Assembly (NCBI GenBank): GCA_036677365.1
Contig: JAVBWN010000001.1
Span: 16,664-80,663 of the forward strand
Direction of reading: 5' to 3'
DNA length: 64,000 bases
From: Acholeplasma sp.
Lineage (GTDB): Bacteria > Bacillota_I > Bacilli_A > Acholeplasmatales > UBA5453
Shown: positions 1 to 10,911 of the stretch, piece after piece
Layout: each line of letters starts with the position of its first letter
How positions within the stretch are numbered: position 1 is the stretch's first letter
Translations under genes and position numbers: made by a program
Notes under the pieces: model-generated
The model's input: only the letters and a program-made list of their open reading frames with translations
Told to the model about the DNA's origin: nothing
Databases searched by the model: none

Positions 1-520
1 CGGGTTCATCTAGAATATCAAATGACTTGGTACCGATGATCAATGCTTGTAGTACCATGGCTTGTACGAATAACATGATTTCTGAATTAAAACCACTGAA
101 TATTGTTGTAATGTAGGTCAATTGTTGAAGATTGATTCTCGATAAATCAAACACTAAGGCAGGATTACCACCCAATATTTGATTTTTAATGATGTTTTGC
201 ACATCCACAATTAAGTAATATTTGTACATGTAAACACTGAAGAAGTATGTACATAATACAGAAAATCCGAGCCATAATAATAATCTTAATGTAGATTTTG
301 ATAGGGAAAAGCCGTCATCTTTGACCCATATGCTGATGACGACAAACAGAATTAAGAATGTCAATGTTTTCAAATATATTAGAATATCTGGCAATCCAAA
401 GCCATCCAGGATAGGTGCGATGTATAGGTTTGTGATGATGACCATGATGTCTAAGAATAGGATTGCACCAATGGTGTACATCAAATAACGCATCTTTGTT
501 TCATTGTTACGACTGATCAT
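1..520 (-). CDS. Hypothetical multi-pass membrane protein, runs off the left edge
   Basis: Manual translation MISRNNETKMRYLMYTIGAILFLDIMVII... with several hydrophobic segments; AGAGAGG RBS and a TGgTATAAT extended -10 (plus 561-569) upstream; not in the ORF track. Confidence 0.75.
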   Translation of the reverse strand, partial: MISRNNETKMRYLMYTIGAILFLDIMVIITNLYIAPILDGFGLPDILIYLKTLTFLILFVVISIWVKDDGFSLSKSTLRLLLWLGFSVLCTYFFSVYMYKYYLIVDVQNIIKNQILGGNPALVFDLSRINLQQLTYITTIFSGFNSEIMLFVQAMVLQALIIGTKSFDILDEP

Positions 521-621
521 AAGATAAGTACCTCTCTGTATAGAAAAAATCCGTGTTTTTATTATACCACAACCCATCGTCAACTATGGATAAAGATTGA
601 GATAAAAACACAAGATTTCTA

Positions 622-806
622 TAAAAAAACACCCTAAGGTGTAAATATAAAAAAAAATCACCGTTTACAGATGTTTCGTTATTGAGGATGGCAGATCAAT
701 AACAAAACATCATGATGCGTGGTGTTACGCTTAGGTATTTTTTGGGAGAAAAAATACGTAAATGGTCAATCGCTCGATCATAAAAGGATCTGTTACGCTT
801 TCGACA
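622..806 (-). ncRNA. Candidate small RNA divergent from the suf operon
   Basis: Minus-strand TATAAT at 812-817; 16-bp stem 670-711; second stem 731-761; terminator-like ACACC/GGTGT hairpin plus U7 at 623-642; no ORF in the track. Confidence 0.45.
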
Positions 807-863
807 ATTTCATTATAAACAAATCAAGACAACAATGATTGTGAAAATGCTTTTATTTTTCTA

Positions 864-877
864 TGAAAACGATTACC
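864..877. promoter_or_regulatory. cre-like (CcpA) site upstream of sufC
   Basis: TGAAAACGATTACC resembles TGWNANCGNTNWCA. Confidence 0.45.
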
Positions 878-995
878 AGTTTTTTTCACAAATTATTCCC
901 ACGATTTCATTATAAATAATATAATAAATAGTGTGTATCATTAGATATAGCGTTTCAAATGCGTTATAATACATGTGGTATAAGGAGGACATAAT

Positions 996-1769
996 ATGTC
1001 AACATTAAAAATTAGCAATCTACATGTCTCTATCGAAGACAAGCAAATCCTTAAAGGAGTCAATCTAATAGTAAATAGTGGTGAAGTTCATGCCATTATG
1101 GGACCTAACGGTACAGGTAAGTCTACTTTGGCAAGTGCACTTATGGGTCACCCGAAGTATGAAGTGACAGATGGTGAAGTATTTTTAGATGATCAAAACC
1201 TTTTAGAACTTGAAGTGGATGAAAGAGCCAGAGCAGGTTTATTCCTTGCGATGCAATACCCAGCAGAAGTTCCAGGCGTTACCAACAGTGACTTCATGCG
1301 TTCATCGCTTAAAGCTAAAAATGATGGACAACCCATCCCTTTATTCGATTTTATCGCTAAGTATGAAAAAGCGGCTAAAGAATTAAAAATGCGCGAAGAC
1401 TTACCCCACAGATACCTTAACGAAGGTTTCTCAGGTGGTGAAAAGAAACGCAATGAAATATTACAACTCAAGATGTTGAAACCTAAGTTTGCTGTTTTAG
1501 ATGAAATCGACTCAGGACTAGATATCGATGCGTTAAGAGTAGTCGGTGAAAATGTCAATAGCATGGTCAATTCTAACTTTGGTTGTATCTTAATTACCCA
1601 CTATCAAAGAATTTTGGACCACATCAAACCAACCAATGTTCACATCATGATTGACGGGAAGATTGTTTTAAGTGGTGGTCAAGAATTGATTGAAAAGATT
1701 GATCAAAATGGTTATGAATGGGTGAAGGATGAATTGGGTATCGATTTTGTAGAAACGGACAATGAATAG
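996..1769 (+). CDS. sufC: Fe-S assembly ATPase SufC
   Basis: MGPNGTGKST, FSGGEKKRNE, LDEIDSGLDID motifs; AAGGAGG RBS. Confidence 0.97.
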   Translation: MSTLKISNLHVSIEDKQILKGVNLIVNSGEVHAIMGPNGTGKSTLASALMGHPKYEVTDGEVFLDDQNLLELEVDERARAGLFLAMQYPAEVPGVTNSDFMRSSLKAKNDGQPIPLFDFIAKYEKAAKELKMREDLPHRYLNEGFSGGEKKRNEILQLKMLKPKFAVLDEIDSGLDIDALRVVGENVNSMVNSNFGCILITHYQRILDHIKPTNVHIMIDGKIVLSGGQELIEKIDQNGYEWVKDELGIDFVETDNE

Positions 1770-2646
1770 TATGAATCAAATCATCATCAAAGATCATCAG
1801 GTCCAAGGTGTCTTACCTAAAGGCATCACATTTGATGAACAAGTCCTATCCATTCAAAAAAATCAAACCTTCCAAGACCCGATTAAAATTACACTTAAAG
1901 ACGACAATAATGAGTCTTTAGAAATCGTGGTTGGTGAATCTGCAGAAGTCAAAATCATTTTAGAGATTGCAAGCGGGGACATCAATCCAAATACATATAA
2001 CATCAAATTAACTGGCAAACCAAATGCCAATGTGAAATACCTCTTGGTATGTGACCTTGCCAGCAAAAATGCCAATTTACAACATTATTTCGTGGCTGAA
2101 CGCGATTCCCAACTCGATTTGATTGGTGGATTCGTTTCGAATGTCATCCATGCGAAAATGAATGCGAGATTGGTTGGCCAAGGTGCGAATGTTAAATTAC
2201 AAGCTGTTGCCATCAGTTCAACAGATAACAACCAAGTCATTGACATTGAAATTGTACACGCAGCACCAAACTCCACAGGTACCATGCATAACATCGCCAT
2301 CGCCAATGCCAATGGACGCGTCATTTTAAACGGTGTTGAAAAAATCTTAAAGGGCATGAAACAAGCCGATGCTTATCAAAGTTTGAAAGGTATCATCGCA
2401 AGTGATCAAGCCATCATCGAAGTAAATCCAATCTTATTGATTGATGAATATGACGTCAAAGCTGGACATGGGGCAACCATCGGTAAATTGGATGAAAATA
2501 GCGTTTATTACTTAATGAGTAGAGGATTGACTCGTAAAGATGCAGAACGCTTGATGATCAATGGATTCTTAAATCCAATCATCTCAGAAATCACCGACGA
2601 ACCACTCAAAGAACGATTCGTTTCTTTGGTCAATCAACGTTTATAA
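1762..2646 (+). CDS. sufD: Fe-S assembly protein SufD
   Basis: PILLIDEYDVKAGHGATIG...YYLMSRG; operon position. Confidence 0.93.
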   Translation: MNSMNQIIIKDHQVQGVLPKGITFDEQVLSIQKNQTFQDPIKITLKDDNNESLEIVVGESAEVKIILEIASGDINPNTYNIKLTGKPNANVKYLLVCDLASKNANLQHYFVAERDSQLDLIGGFVSNVIHAKMNARLVGQGANVKLQAVAISSTDNNQVIDIEIVHAAPNSTGTMHNIAIANANGRVILNGVEKILKGMKQADAYQSLKGIIASDQAIIEVNPILLIDEYDVKAGHGATIGKLDENSVYYLMSRGLTRKDAERLMINGFLNPIISEITDEPLKERFVSLVNQRL

Positions 2647-2650
2647 AACT

Positions 2651-3856
2651 ATGCTAGATGTCAAACTTATACGTCAACAATTCCCCATTTACGACCATAA
2701 TCCAAATCTAGTATATTTAGATACAGCAGCCTCTTCATTGAAACCTAAAAATGTCATCGATGTGGTAGATCATTATTACTCAAAACTGGGTGTCAATGTC
2801 CACCGTGGTGTTTATGGGCTATCCTATGAAGCAACCGATTTGTATGAAGCAGCCAGAACCACTGTAGCGAGATTTCTCAATGCGAAATTTGAAGAAATCG
2901 TGTTCACACGTGGGACCACTGCATCACTGAACTTGGTAGCATCTAGCTATCAAAAACAACTTAAAGCAGGCGATGAAATCATCACCTCTGAACTAGAACA
3001 CCATTCATCTGTGTTGCCATGGATGCAAGTATCCAAAAACACAGGCGCTAAATTGGTATATGTACCACTCAATGCTGAGGGGAGAATTACCGTTGAAGCA
3101 TTTAAATCGGTGCTCACTGACCAAACCAAAGTGGTTGCACTAACGTATGTTTCCAACGTCATGGGTTATGTCACACCAATCAAAGAAATCATCGATTTGG
3201 CACATCAAAAAGGTGCCATTGTGGTGGTTGATGCTGCTCAAGCAGCCCCACACATGAAAATCGATGTGACCGCTTTAAATGCAGATTTTCTAGCATTTTC
3301 AGGACACAAGATTTTGGGTCCTACCGGCATAGGTGTTCTCTATGGTAAAAAACACTTACTCAACAAAATGGAACCCACTGAATTTGGTGGTGACATGGTT
3401 GATCAAGTGGAATTGAATGGGGCGACATGGAAAGATACCCCATATCGTTTTGAAGCAGGTACACCTATCATATCTGGTGCCATCGGATTAGGTAGAGCCA
3501 TTGAATTCATTGAATCGATTGGTTTTGATGAAATACACGCACACGTGCACGCATTACATCAATATACATTAGAGAAGATGAAAGCCATTGATGGCATCAC
3601 TGTCTTTAACCCAACCTCAGAAACAGGTATCATTACGTTCAATGTGGACTTTGTTCATCCACATGACGCAGCCAGCATTTTCGATCAAAATAAAGTGTGC
3701 TTAAGGGCGGGGCATCATTGTGCCCAACTCATCACCAAATGGCTCAAACAATTGGCCACGTTGAGAGCAACATTTTACATCTACAATGATTATGAAGATG
3801 CCGATCGATTTGTTGAAAGCATCCAAGAAGCGGTTCGTTTCTTCAAAGCTTTTTAA
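2651..3856 (+). CDS. sufS: Cysteine desulfurase SufS
   Basis: NVHRG, FSGHK (PLP Lys), RAGHHCAQ. Confidence 0.97.
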   Translation: MLDVKLIRQQFPIYDHNPNLVYLDTAASSLKPKNVIDVVDHYYSKLGVNVHRGVYGLSYEATDLYEAARTTVARFLNAKFEEIVFTRGTTASLNLVASSYQKQLKAGDEIITSELEHHSSVLPWMQVSKNTGAKLVYVPLNAEGRITVEAFKSVLTDQTKVVALTYVSNVMGYVTPIKEIIDLAHQKGAIVVVDAAQAAPHMKIDVTALNADFLAFSGHKILGPTGIGVLYGKKHLLNKMEPTEFGGDMVDQVELNGATWKDTPYRFEAGTPIISGAIGLGRAIEFIESIGFDEIHAHVHALHQYTLEKMKAIDGITVFNPTSETGIITFNVDFVHPHDAASIFDQNKVCLRAGHHCAQLITKWLKQLATLRATFYIYNDYEDADRFVESIQEAVRFFKAF

Positions 3857-3867
3857 GGAGAAAATAC

Positions 3868-4308
3868 ATGAGTTCACATTTAGAAAATTTATACCGTCAA
3901 GTCATCATGGATCACTATAAGAATCCATACAATAAAGGCTTGGTTCAAGACCCTACTTACTTTACAGTCCATTTGCATAACCCATCTTGTGGCGATGACA
4001 TGACCGTTCAACTCAAAGAAACGAATGGCGTCATCACCGACATCAAACACCAAGGTACAGGTTGTAGCATTTGCTGTTCTAGTGCCAGTGTGATGAGCAT
4101 TACACTCAAAAACCATACCAAAGCAGAAGGGTTAGACATCATTCAAGCTTATTATCATATGTTGACCAATGAGCACTATGACCAAAAGATTCTAAATGGT
4201 GACGCATTAGCATATCATGGTGTCGCACAATTTCCAGCCAGAATCAAATGTGCCACACTTGCATGGAAAGCAGCTGAACAAGCATTGCTTCACAACAAGG
4301 AGGAATAA
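3868..4308 (+). CDS. sufU: SufU sulfur-transfer/scaffold protein
   Basis: NPSCGD, GCSIC, RIKCA motifs. Confidence 0.95.
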   Translation: MSSHLENLYRQVIMDHYKNPYNKGLVQDPTYFTVHLHNPSCGDDMTVQLKETNGVITDIKHQGTGCSICCSSASVMSITLKNHTKAEGLDIIQAYYHMLTNEHYDQKILNGDALAYHGVAQFPARIKCATLAWKAAEQALLHNKEE

Positions 4309-4310
4309 TC

Positions 4311-5720
4311 ATGGATGAAAATAAAAAGAAGATAGACGCCATCATTGGTGACTATAAATTCGGCTTCAAAACCGAAAATACACCGGTATTGCGTACCGGA
4401 AAAGGTCTAACAGAAGACGTAGTTCGTGCGATCAGTGAATACAAAAAAGAACCGGATTGGATGTTAGATTTCAGACTTAAAAGCTACAAAAAGTTCTTAG
4501 AACTTAAAAACCCTAAATGGGGTCCAGATTTATCAGGCATTGATTTTGATGAATTTACTTACTTCATCAGAGCCTCTGAAAGAGCTGAAAGTTCCTGGGA
4601 AGATGTCCCATCCGAAATCAAAGATACCTTTGAAAAATTGGGTATTCCTGAAGCGGAAAGAAAATTCTTAGCCGGCGTTTCGACACAATTTGAATCCGAA
4701 GTTGTGTACCACTCGACCATGGCAGAACTTGAAGCAGAAGGCGTCATATTCGTTGATACCGACACCGCACTTCGTGAACACCCAGAACTGGTTAAGAAAT
4801 TCTTTGGTACAGTGATACCTTATTCAGATAATAAATATGCAGCACTCAACAGTGCCGTTTGGAGTGGTGGGTCTTTCATCTATGTGCCTAAAGGTGTCAA
4901 GGTGAAAAAACCATTACAATCCTACTTTAGAATCAACTCAGAACAAATGGGTCAGTTTGAACGTACGCTCATCTTAGTGGATGAAGGTGCTTCTGTGAAC
5001 TATGTCGAAGGTTGTACAGCCCCTGTGTATACCAAGGACTCCTTGCATGCCGCGATTGTTGAAATCGTTGTTATGAAAGGGGCGACTTGCCGCTATACCA
5101 CGGTACAAAACTGGGCCAATAACGTCATCAACTTAGTCACCAAACGTGCCTTTGTTTATGAAGATGCACACATGGAATGGATCGATGGTAACATTGGTTC
5201 AAACGTCAACATGAAATACCCATCTTGTATCCTTTTGGGTGAACGTGCGAAAGGAACCACCATCTCTATTGCATTCGCTGGTAAAGGTCAAAATCAAGAT
5301 ACTGGCGCGAAGATGATTCACGTCGCACCAAATACAACCTCTTCAATCATCTCAAAATCCATCTCTAGGGGTGGCGGTACGGTAAACTATCGTGGTAAAG
5401 TCGATTTTGGTAAACGTGCCAAAGGCGCGAAAGCACACGTGGAATGCGATACCATCATCTTGGATGATTTCTCATTCTCAGATACCATCCCAACCAACAT
5501 CGTTAGAAACTCAGACGTATCCTTAGAGCATGAAGCAACCGTATCTAAGATTTCTGAAGACCAACTCTTCTACCTCATGAGCAGAGGTTTAACCGAAGAA
5601 GAAGCAACAGAAATGATCGTCATGGGCTTCATCGAACCATTCGCAAAAGAATTGCCTATGGAATACGCAGTCGAACTCAACCAACTCATCAAGCTTGAAA
5701 TGGAAGGTTCCATCGGATAA
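4311..5720 (+). CDS. sufB: Fe-S assembly protein SufB
   Basis: [33 protein letters not shown]. Confidence 0.98.
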   Translation: MDENKKKIDAIIGDYKFGFKTENTPVLRTGKGLTEDVVRAISEYKKEPDWMLDFRLKSYKKFLELKNPKWGPDLSGIDFDEFTYFIRASERAESSWEDVPSEIKDTFEKLGIPEAERKFLAGVSTQFESEVVYHSTMAELEAEGVIFVDTDTALREHPELVKKFFGTVIPYSDNKYAALNSAVWSGGSFIYVPKGVKVKKPLQSYFRINSEQMGQFERTLILVDEGASVNYVEGCTAPVYTKDSLHAAIVEIVVMKGATCRYTTVQNWANNVINLVTKRAFVYEDAHMEWIDGNIGSNVNMKYPSCILLGERAKGTTISIAFAGKGQNQDTGAKMIHVAPNTTSSIISKSISRGGGTVNYRGKVDFGKRAKGAKAHVECDTIILDDFSFSDTIPTNIVRNSDVSLEHEATVSKISEDQLFYLMSRGLTEEEATEMIVMGFIEPFAKELPMEYAVELNQLIKLEMEGSIG

Positions 5721-5754
5721 TAAAACAAAATTCCCCAGTTTTTGGGGAATTTTT

Positions 5755-6771
5755 TTACTTTCGTAGGGTTTGAATGGTGCCTTTACCATCTTTCGATTTA
5801 ATTTCAACGTACGCCCCACTAATCAGTGTGAATGTTGGCGGTGTATGGCCAAAATCAGCATCCATGATGATGGGGACATTCAAGTCACCTAAGATATCCA
5901 AGGTGGTTTGGTATTGGTCTAGGTCTATGACTGGTGAAGCATTCAAATGTCTACCAAAAATAAAGCCTTTGGTGTATTTGAACCAACCAGCCAGTTTGAG
6001 TTGCCACAAAGCCCTTTTTAAACCAAATAAGTTTAAGTCACAGGCTTCCATGAACCAAATGATGCCATCATCCTTATACTTTTCAATGAATGTATGGACT
6101 TGATCCAATGGGGTGCCTAAGTGGGATAAAAACACATCGATGCATCCGCCAATCAATCGTCCTGATAGATGGATTTCACTTTCATTTCTTAAATTTACCC
6201 AGCGTGTGGGTTCATTCAATATATAGCCACCCAGTGGGTCATTTTGTTCTGTGCCTTTACCTTCATACATGGGAAAACTATGTTGAATATGTCTTTGACC
6301 GGTTATGATTTCTAAAGCTTGTTTTAATGATTCATCCCAAGATTTCATTCCGAATTCTGTGGTGTGTTGACCGTAAATGGCTGCGGTATCTAGTAAAGTA
6401 TTCATTAACATCGTCAAATGGGTATTGTCAGAATACCCCATAACGTATTTTGGTGGGTATTTTTTTAACGCTTCAAAATCGATGTAAGGCAGCATTTCCA
6501 TCAACCATTCGCCACCACCCACACTCCATAATAAATCGACTTTTGGATTTTTGTATAAAGACTCAAAAGCTTTTGCCCTGGCTTCTTTAGGAGCACTCGC
6601 ACCTTGATAATAGCCAAAAATATCGCCTTCACTGACGATGTTATAGCCCAACGATTTCAATTGTGATATTGCAGATTCCAATCTGGATTTATAGGGTTCG
6701 GTGTTCGCACCAAAACTGCTCGCAAACAAACCAATTGTGCCATTAGGCTTAAGATAATTAGGGTATTTCAT
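5755..6771 (-). CDS. Peptidase S66 family (LD-carboxypeptidase/MccF-like)
   Basis: GYSD (Ser), WFMEA (Glu), DFGH (His) triad motifs; GRLIGGC. Confidence 0.9.
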   Translation of the reverse strand: MKYPNYLKPNGTIGLFASSFGANTEPYKSRLESAISQLKSLGYNIVSEGDIFGYYQGASAPKEARAKAFESLYKNPKVDLLWSVGGGEWLMEMLPYIDFEALKKYPPKYVMGYSDNTHLTMLMNTLLDTAAIYGQHTTEFGMKSWDESLKQALEIITGQRHIQHSFPMYEGKGTEQNDPLGGYILNEPTRWVNLRNESEIHLSGRLIGGCIDVFLSHLGTPLDQVHTFIEKYKDDGIIWFMEACDLNLFGLKRALWQLKLAGWFKYTKGFIFGRHLNASPVIDLDQYQTTLDILGDLNVPIIMDADFGHTPPTFTLISGAYVEIKSKDGKGTIQTLRK

Positions 6772-6867
6772 GTTATCACCAAATTCATTATATCATAGGA
6801 AAATTGACATATTTTTATTATGTACAATATATCTAACCAATTTTGGTATAATTAGGTTGGTGATAAC

Positions 6868-7446
6868 ATGTACAAAGGCTACCTCTTGGTCAGTCCAGTT
6901 GAACAATTGAATCTCGATGAACTCACAACCATTCAAACCTTATTTTCCGATATATTGATCAATCCAAAACAATATGTTGAAAGTGATAAGTTGATTGTTT
7001 TAATCCGTGAACAAAGCGATATTTTGTTTGAAGAACTCATCAATTCCATCAATACTGATTTGTATCAGAGTCTTTCTTTATACGAATCATCATTCTTTGA
7101 TTCGGAACTTGAACTCAAAGAAGATATGCAAAAAAAGATGCTCACATTGAAGTTTGATCGTCCTTATCTGAATGATAAAATCTTGTTTTACGATAAAGTG
7201 CTAGGTTCAATCGATGAACAGTCCAAACAAATGATTTTAAAACAATTTTATGAAGATGAAGAATTTCTCCATTCGATGAAGGTGTTTATAGAGAAGAATC
7301 AAAATACGTCTGAAGCAGCGAAAGCGTTGTATCTACATAGAAACACATTGATTAACCGTCTAGATAAGTTTTATCGTGTCACAGGATTTGATTTAAAAAA
7401 ATTCGAAGACGCAGCGATTATATATTTGTTAATTAAGGAGAACTGA
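6868..7446 (+). CDS. PucR/CdaR-type C-terminal HTH regulator
   Basis: NTSEAAKALYLHRNTLINRLDK motif. Confidence 0.85.
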   Translation: MYKGYLLVSPVEQLNLDELTTIQTLFSDILINPKQYVESDKLIVLIREQSDILFEELINSINTDLYQSLSLYESSFFDSELELKEDMQKKMLTLKFDRPYLNDKILFYDKVLGSIDEQSKQMILKQFYEDEEFLHSMKVFIEKNQNTSEAAKALYLHRNTLINRLDKFYRVTGFDLKKFEDAAIIYLLIKEN

Positions 7447-7955
7447 TGATGTACGAAACACGATTTGATATTACTGAAAATCACTATAAAGAATTCTTAT
7501 GGTCACATTTTTGGCATAAACAGGCGTTGAAATATGGTGTGATTTTCTTCTTATTGATGATTTTGGTTTACATCATTTTATTATCAGAATTTTCACAATT
7601 TTGGATTTGGATTGGCATGGGATTATACGCGATTTTACTCATTTGCGTCCTTTTTATTACCATGTTGATCAAAATGCATCGAGTTACAAAAATAGCCGTT
7701 AGAAACTACAGTAAAAATATTGTGATGTTATATCATCAGGATACGCTAGAAATCAGTTATGACATCAAAGGTATGCCAGCTAAATCCACATCACCCTATG
7801 CTGCCTTTAAGACGGTCACAGTGACAAAAAACTTGATTTTGCTCTATAGGTCACACAACATCGCAACCTTAGTTCCGAAAAATAGTTTAGTACAAGGCAA
7901 TGTAGATGAATTCATTGCCTTTCTTAAAGAAAACATCCATAGACAAAACCAATGA
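7446..7955 (+). CDS. YcxB-like membrane protein
   Basis: Two TM helices followed by a beta-rich domain ending LVPKNSL...EFIAFLK. Confidence 0.6.
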   Translation: MMYETRFDITENHYKEFLWSHFWHKQALKYGVIFFLLMILVYIILLSEFSQFWIWIGMGLYAILLICVLFITMLIKMHRVTKIAVRNYSKNIVMLYHQDTLEISYDIKGMPAKSTSPYAAFKTVTVTKNLILLYRSHNIATLVPKNSLVQGNVDEFIAFLKENIHRQNQ

Positions 7956-8006
7956 TACAAGAGTGTGCAACTTGCACATTTCTTTTTTTTATATACTTTC
8001 GTATAA

Positions 8007-8020
8007 TGTAAGCGTTGACA
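8007..8020. promoter_or_regulatory. cre site immediately after the -10 of the sugar ABC ATPase
   Basis: TGTAAGCGTTGACA abutting TATAAT (8002-8007). Confidence 0.75.
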
Positions 8021-8047
8021 ACTATATACTAATAAAGGAGTGATTGT

Positions 8048-9163
8048 ATGGCAACCCTAGAACTAAAACACATTGATAAGATTTACCCTAATGGTGTCCA
8101 AGCGGTATTCGATTTCAACTTAAGCATCAAAGATAAAGAATTTATCGTATTCGTTGGACCTTCTGGTTGTGGTAAATCCACAACATTACGTATGATCGCT
8201 GGTTTGGAAGAAATTTCCGCTGGTGAATTATACATCGATAACGTCTTAGTAAACGACGTAGCACCAAAAGACCGTAATATCGCGATGGTTTTCCAATCCT
8301 ATGCGCTATACCCACACATGTCCGTTTATGACAACATGGCATTCGGTCTTAAGATTCGTAAGATGCCTAAAAATGAAATTGACGTTAAAGTCAAAGAAGC
8401 AGCAGCCATCTTAGGTCTATTACCGTACCTTGACCGTAAACCAAAAGCGTTATCCGGTGGTCAAAGACAACGTGTTGCCTTAGGTAGAGCGATTGTCCGT
8501 AATGCAAAAGTATTCTTAATGGACGAACCACTATCCAACCTGGATGCTAAACTACGCGTTCAAATGCGTGGTGAATTGATTAAGCTTCATAACCGTATCA
8601 ACACTACAACCATTTACGTTACCCATGACCAAATCGAAGCGATGACCATGGCTAGCCGTATCGTTGTTATGAAAGATGGCTACATCCAACAAGTCGGTGC
8701 GCCTAAAGAAATTTATGACTTCCCTAACAACATGTTCGTTGCGGGATTCATCGGTACACCACCTATGAACTTCATTGAAGGCGTTGTAAACAACGACGGA
8801 TGGTTCGTCACTGGTAACCAAAAACTCGAAGTACCTAAAGGTAAACTTGAAATCATCAAACAAAATTCATTCTATGGCAAACCAATCGTTTTAGGTATCC
8901 GTCCTGAAGACATTCATGACGATAAGTTAGTGTTTGAAACATTCCCTAACAGCATCCTTAAGATTGAAGTTGACGTCGCTGAATTGTTAGGTGCTGAAAC
9001 CAATATTTATACCAACATCAATGGTAATAACGTTTGCGCAAGCGTTGATGCGAGAGCAGACATCCACATTGGTGACAAGATGGAACTGGCTTTAGACATG
9101 AACAAGTGCCATTTCTTCAACCCAGAAACTGAACAACGTTTAGTATTCGACCAAAACAAATAA
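8048..9163 (+). CDS. msmX: Multiple-sugar ABC transporter ATPase (MsmX/MsmK/UgpC family)
   Basis: GPSGCGKST, LSGGQRQR, MDEPLSNLDAKLR, C-terminal GIRPE/TOBE region; terminator GAGACC/GGTCTC plus U-tract follows. Confidence 0.9.
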   Translation: MATLELKHIDKIYPNGVQAVFDFNLSIKDKEFIVFVGPSGCGKSTTLRMIAGLEEISAGELYIDNVLVNDVAPKDRNIAMVFQSYALYPHMSVYDNMAFGLKIRKMPKNEIDVKVKEAAAILGLLPYLDRKPKALSGGQRQRVALGRAIVRNAKVFLMDEPLSNLDAKLRVQMRGELIKLHNRINTTTIYVTHDQIEAMTMASRIVVMKDGYIQQVGAPKEIYDFPNNMFVAGFIGTPPMNFIEGVVNNDGWFVTGNQKLEVPKGKLEIIKQNSFYGKPIVLGIRPEDIHDDKLVFETFPNSILKIEVDVAELLGAETNIYTNINGNNVCASVDARADIHIGDKMELALDMNKCHFFNPETEQRLVFDQNK

Positions 9164-9196
9164 GAGACCGCGAGGTCTCTTTTCTTTTATAAAAAT

Positions 9197-9613
9197 ATGC
9201 TATATATCCAACAACACCCGAGGGGTTCTGCCCTTGTTTTTGAAAAATACACCACACAATCGGAAAAACCGCCGATTAGTATAATTAAACTTTTGTGTCA
9301 GGAATTACTGATGACTTATGAATCCAGAATTCTCTTGACTAAGAAACGTTTTAAGATCCACGCCATGGTCCCAATCTACATCAACCCAACGATATTATTG
9401 ATGCCAACCGGTAGTCCAAGAAGTTATGAAACGATTTGGATCAACTACCTTAAAATCGCGTCAATTCAGAAATATGGCGATCATACCGTCGTCCTTTTTA
9501 CCAATCTTACTGAGATAGAGGTCCATATCTCTTACACGCGGTTCAAAGAAAAAATGAAATATTGTAAAATAATCTATGATTATATGGAGAACCATCAATC
9601 CTTGATTTTATAA
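9197..9613 (+). CDS. ComK-family protein
   Basis: PIYI...LLMPTGSP...IWINY...TVVLFTN pattern typical of the ComK family. Confidence 0.7.
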   Translation: MLYIQQHPRGSALVFEKYTTQSEKPPISIIKLLCQELLMTYESRILLTKKRFKIHAMVPIYINPTILLMPTGSPRSYETIWINYLKIASIQKYGDHTVVLFTNLTEIEVHISYTRFKEKMKYCKIIYDYMENHQSLIL

Positions 9614-9716
9614 AGGATGTGATAACATTTTCATTGGATATTTTCTAGTAAAACAAGATAACTAGTGATATAATATTGTCGATTGATTACCATAACATTA
9701 TTTTACGGAGGATACT

Positions 9717-10910
9717 ATGGGAAAAAAGACGGTTAGAGACATCAACGTCTCTGGAAAGAAAGTATTGATTCGTGTCGATTTTAACGTGCCTATGCAAGAC
9801 GGAAAAATCACAGACGAAAATCGTATTGTGGAAGCGTTGCCTACCATCAAATACGTATTAGAAAAAGGCGGAAGAGCGATTTTATTCTCTCACCTTGGCA
9901 GAGTTAAAACCGCTGAAGACAAAAAGGATGCTACCTTGGCACCAGTCGCGCAACGTTTATCTGAACTATTAGGTAAGCATGTACAATTCGTCCCTGAAAC
10001 CAGAGGTGCAGTATTAGAAGCTGCCATCAACGGTTTGAAAGATGGCGAAATCTTGATGTTTGAAAACACCCGTTTTGAAGACATCGAAGGCAATAAAGAA
10101 TCCAAAAACAACGCTGAATTAGGCAAATACTGGGCATCATTAGGCGATGTATTCGTCAATGATGCATTCGGAACAGCGCACAGAGCGCACGCTTCAAACG
10201 CAGGGATCGCTGCTAATATCCAAGAAACCGTTGCAGGCTTCTTGTTAGAAAAAGAAATTGAATTCATCGGTGGTGCCGTATCCAATCCAAAACGTCCTTT
10301 TGTCGCAGTATTGGGTGGTGCTAAAGTTTCTGATAAGATTGAAGTCATCTCCAACCTGCTTAAAGTGGCTGACAAAGTCATCATTGGTGGCGGTATGGCT
10401 TATACCTTCTTAAAAGCGCAAGGCTTCGAAGTCGGTACATCGATTTGTGAATTAGAAAAAGTTGAATTAGCAAAATCATTGTTAGAACAAGCACAAGGTA
10501 AGATTGTATTGCCTGTTGACTTCGCATTCACTGAAAAATTTGAAAATGAACCGGCAAAACATGTCGGTCCAATTACCGATATTAAACCAAACGAAATGTC
10601 ACTAGACATCGGACCTAAATCCATCGAACTATTCGCATCCGTATTAGCAACCGCTAAGACCGTTGTATGGAATGGACCTATGGGTGTATTTGAAATGTCC
10701 AACTACGCTAAAGGCACCATCGGTGTCTGTGAAGCGATTTCTAAGCTTACAAACGCGATTACCATCGTCGGCGGTGGTGACTCTGCTGCAGCAGCCATCC
10801 AATTTGGTTATGCATCTAAGTTCACACACATCTCCACGGGTGGTGGTGCGTCCTTGGAATACTTAGAAGGCAAATTATTACCAGGCGTCGAAATTGTTGC
10901 TAACAAATAA
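9717..10910 (+). CDS. pgk: Phosphoglycerate kinase
   Basis: [35 protein letters not shown]. Confidence 0.98.
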   Translation: MGKKTVRDINVSGKKVLIRVDFNVPMQDGKITDENRIVEALPTIKYVLEKGGRAILFSHLGRVKTAEDKKDATLAPVAQRLSELLGKHVQFVPETRGAVLEAAINGLKDGEILMFENTRFEDIEGNKESKNNAELGKYWASLGDVFVNDAFGTAHRAHASNAGIAANIQETVAGFLLEKEIEFIGGAVSNPKRPFVAVLGGAKVSDKIEVISNLLKVADKVIIGGGMAYTFLKAQGFEVGTSICELEKVELAKSLLEQAQGKIVLPVDFAFTEKFENEPAKHVGPITDIKPNEMSLDIGPKSIELFASVLATAKTVVWNGPMGVFEMSNYAKGTIGVCEAISKLTNAITIVGGGDSAAAAIQFGYASKFTHISTGGGASLEYLEGKLLPGVEIVANK

Positions 10911-10911
10911 G

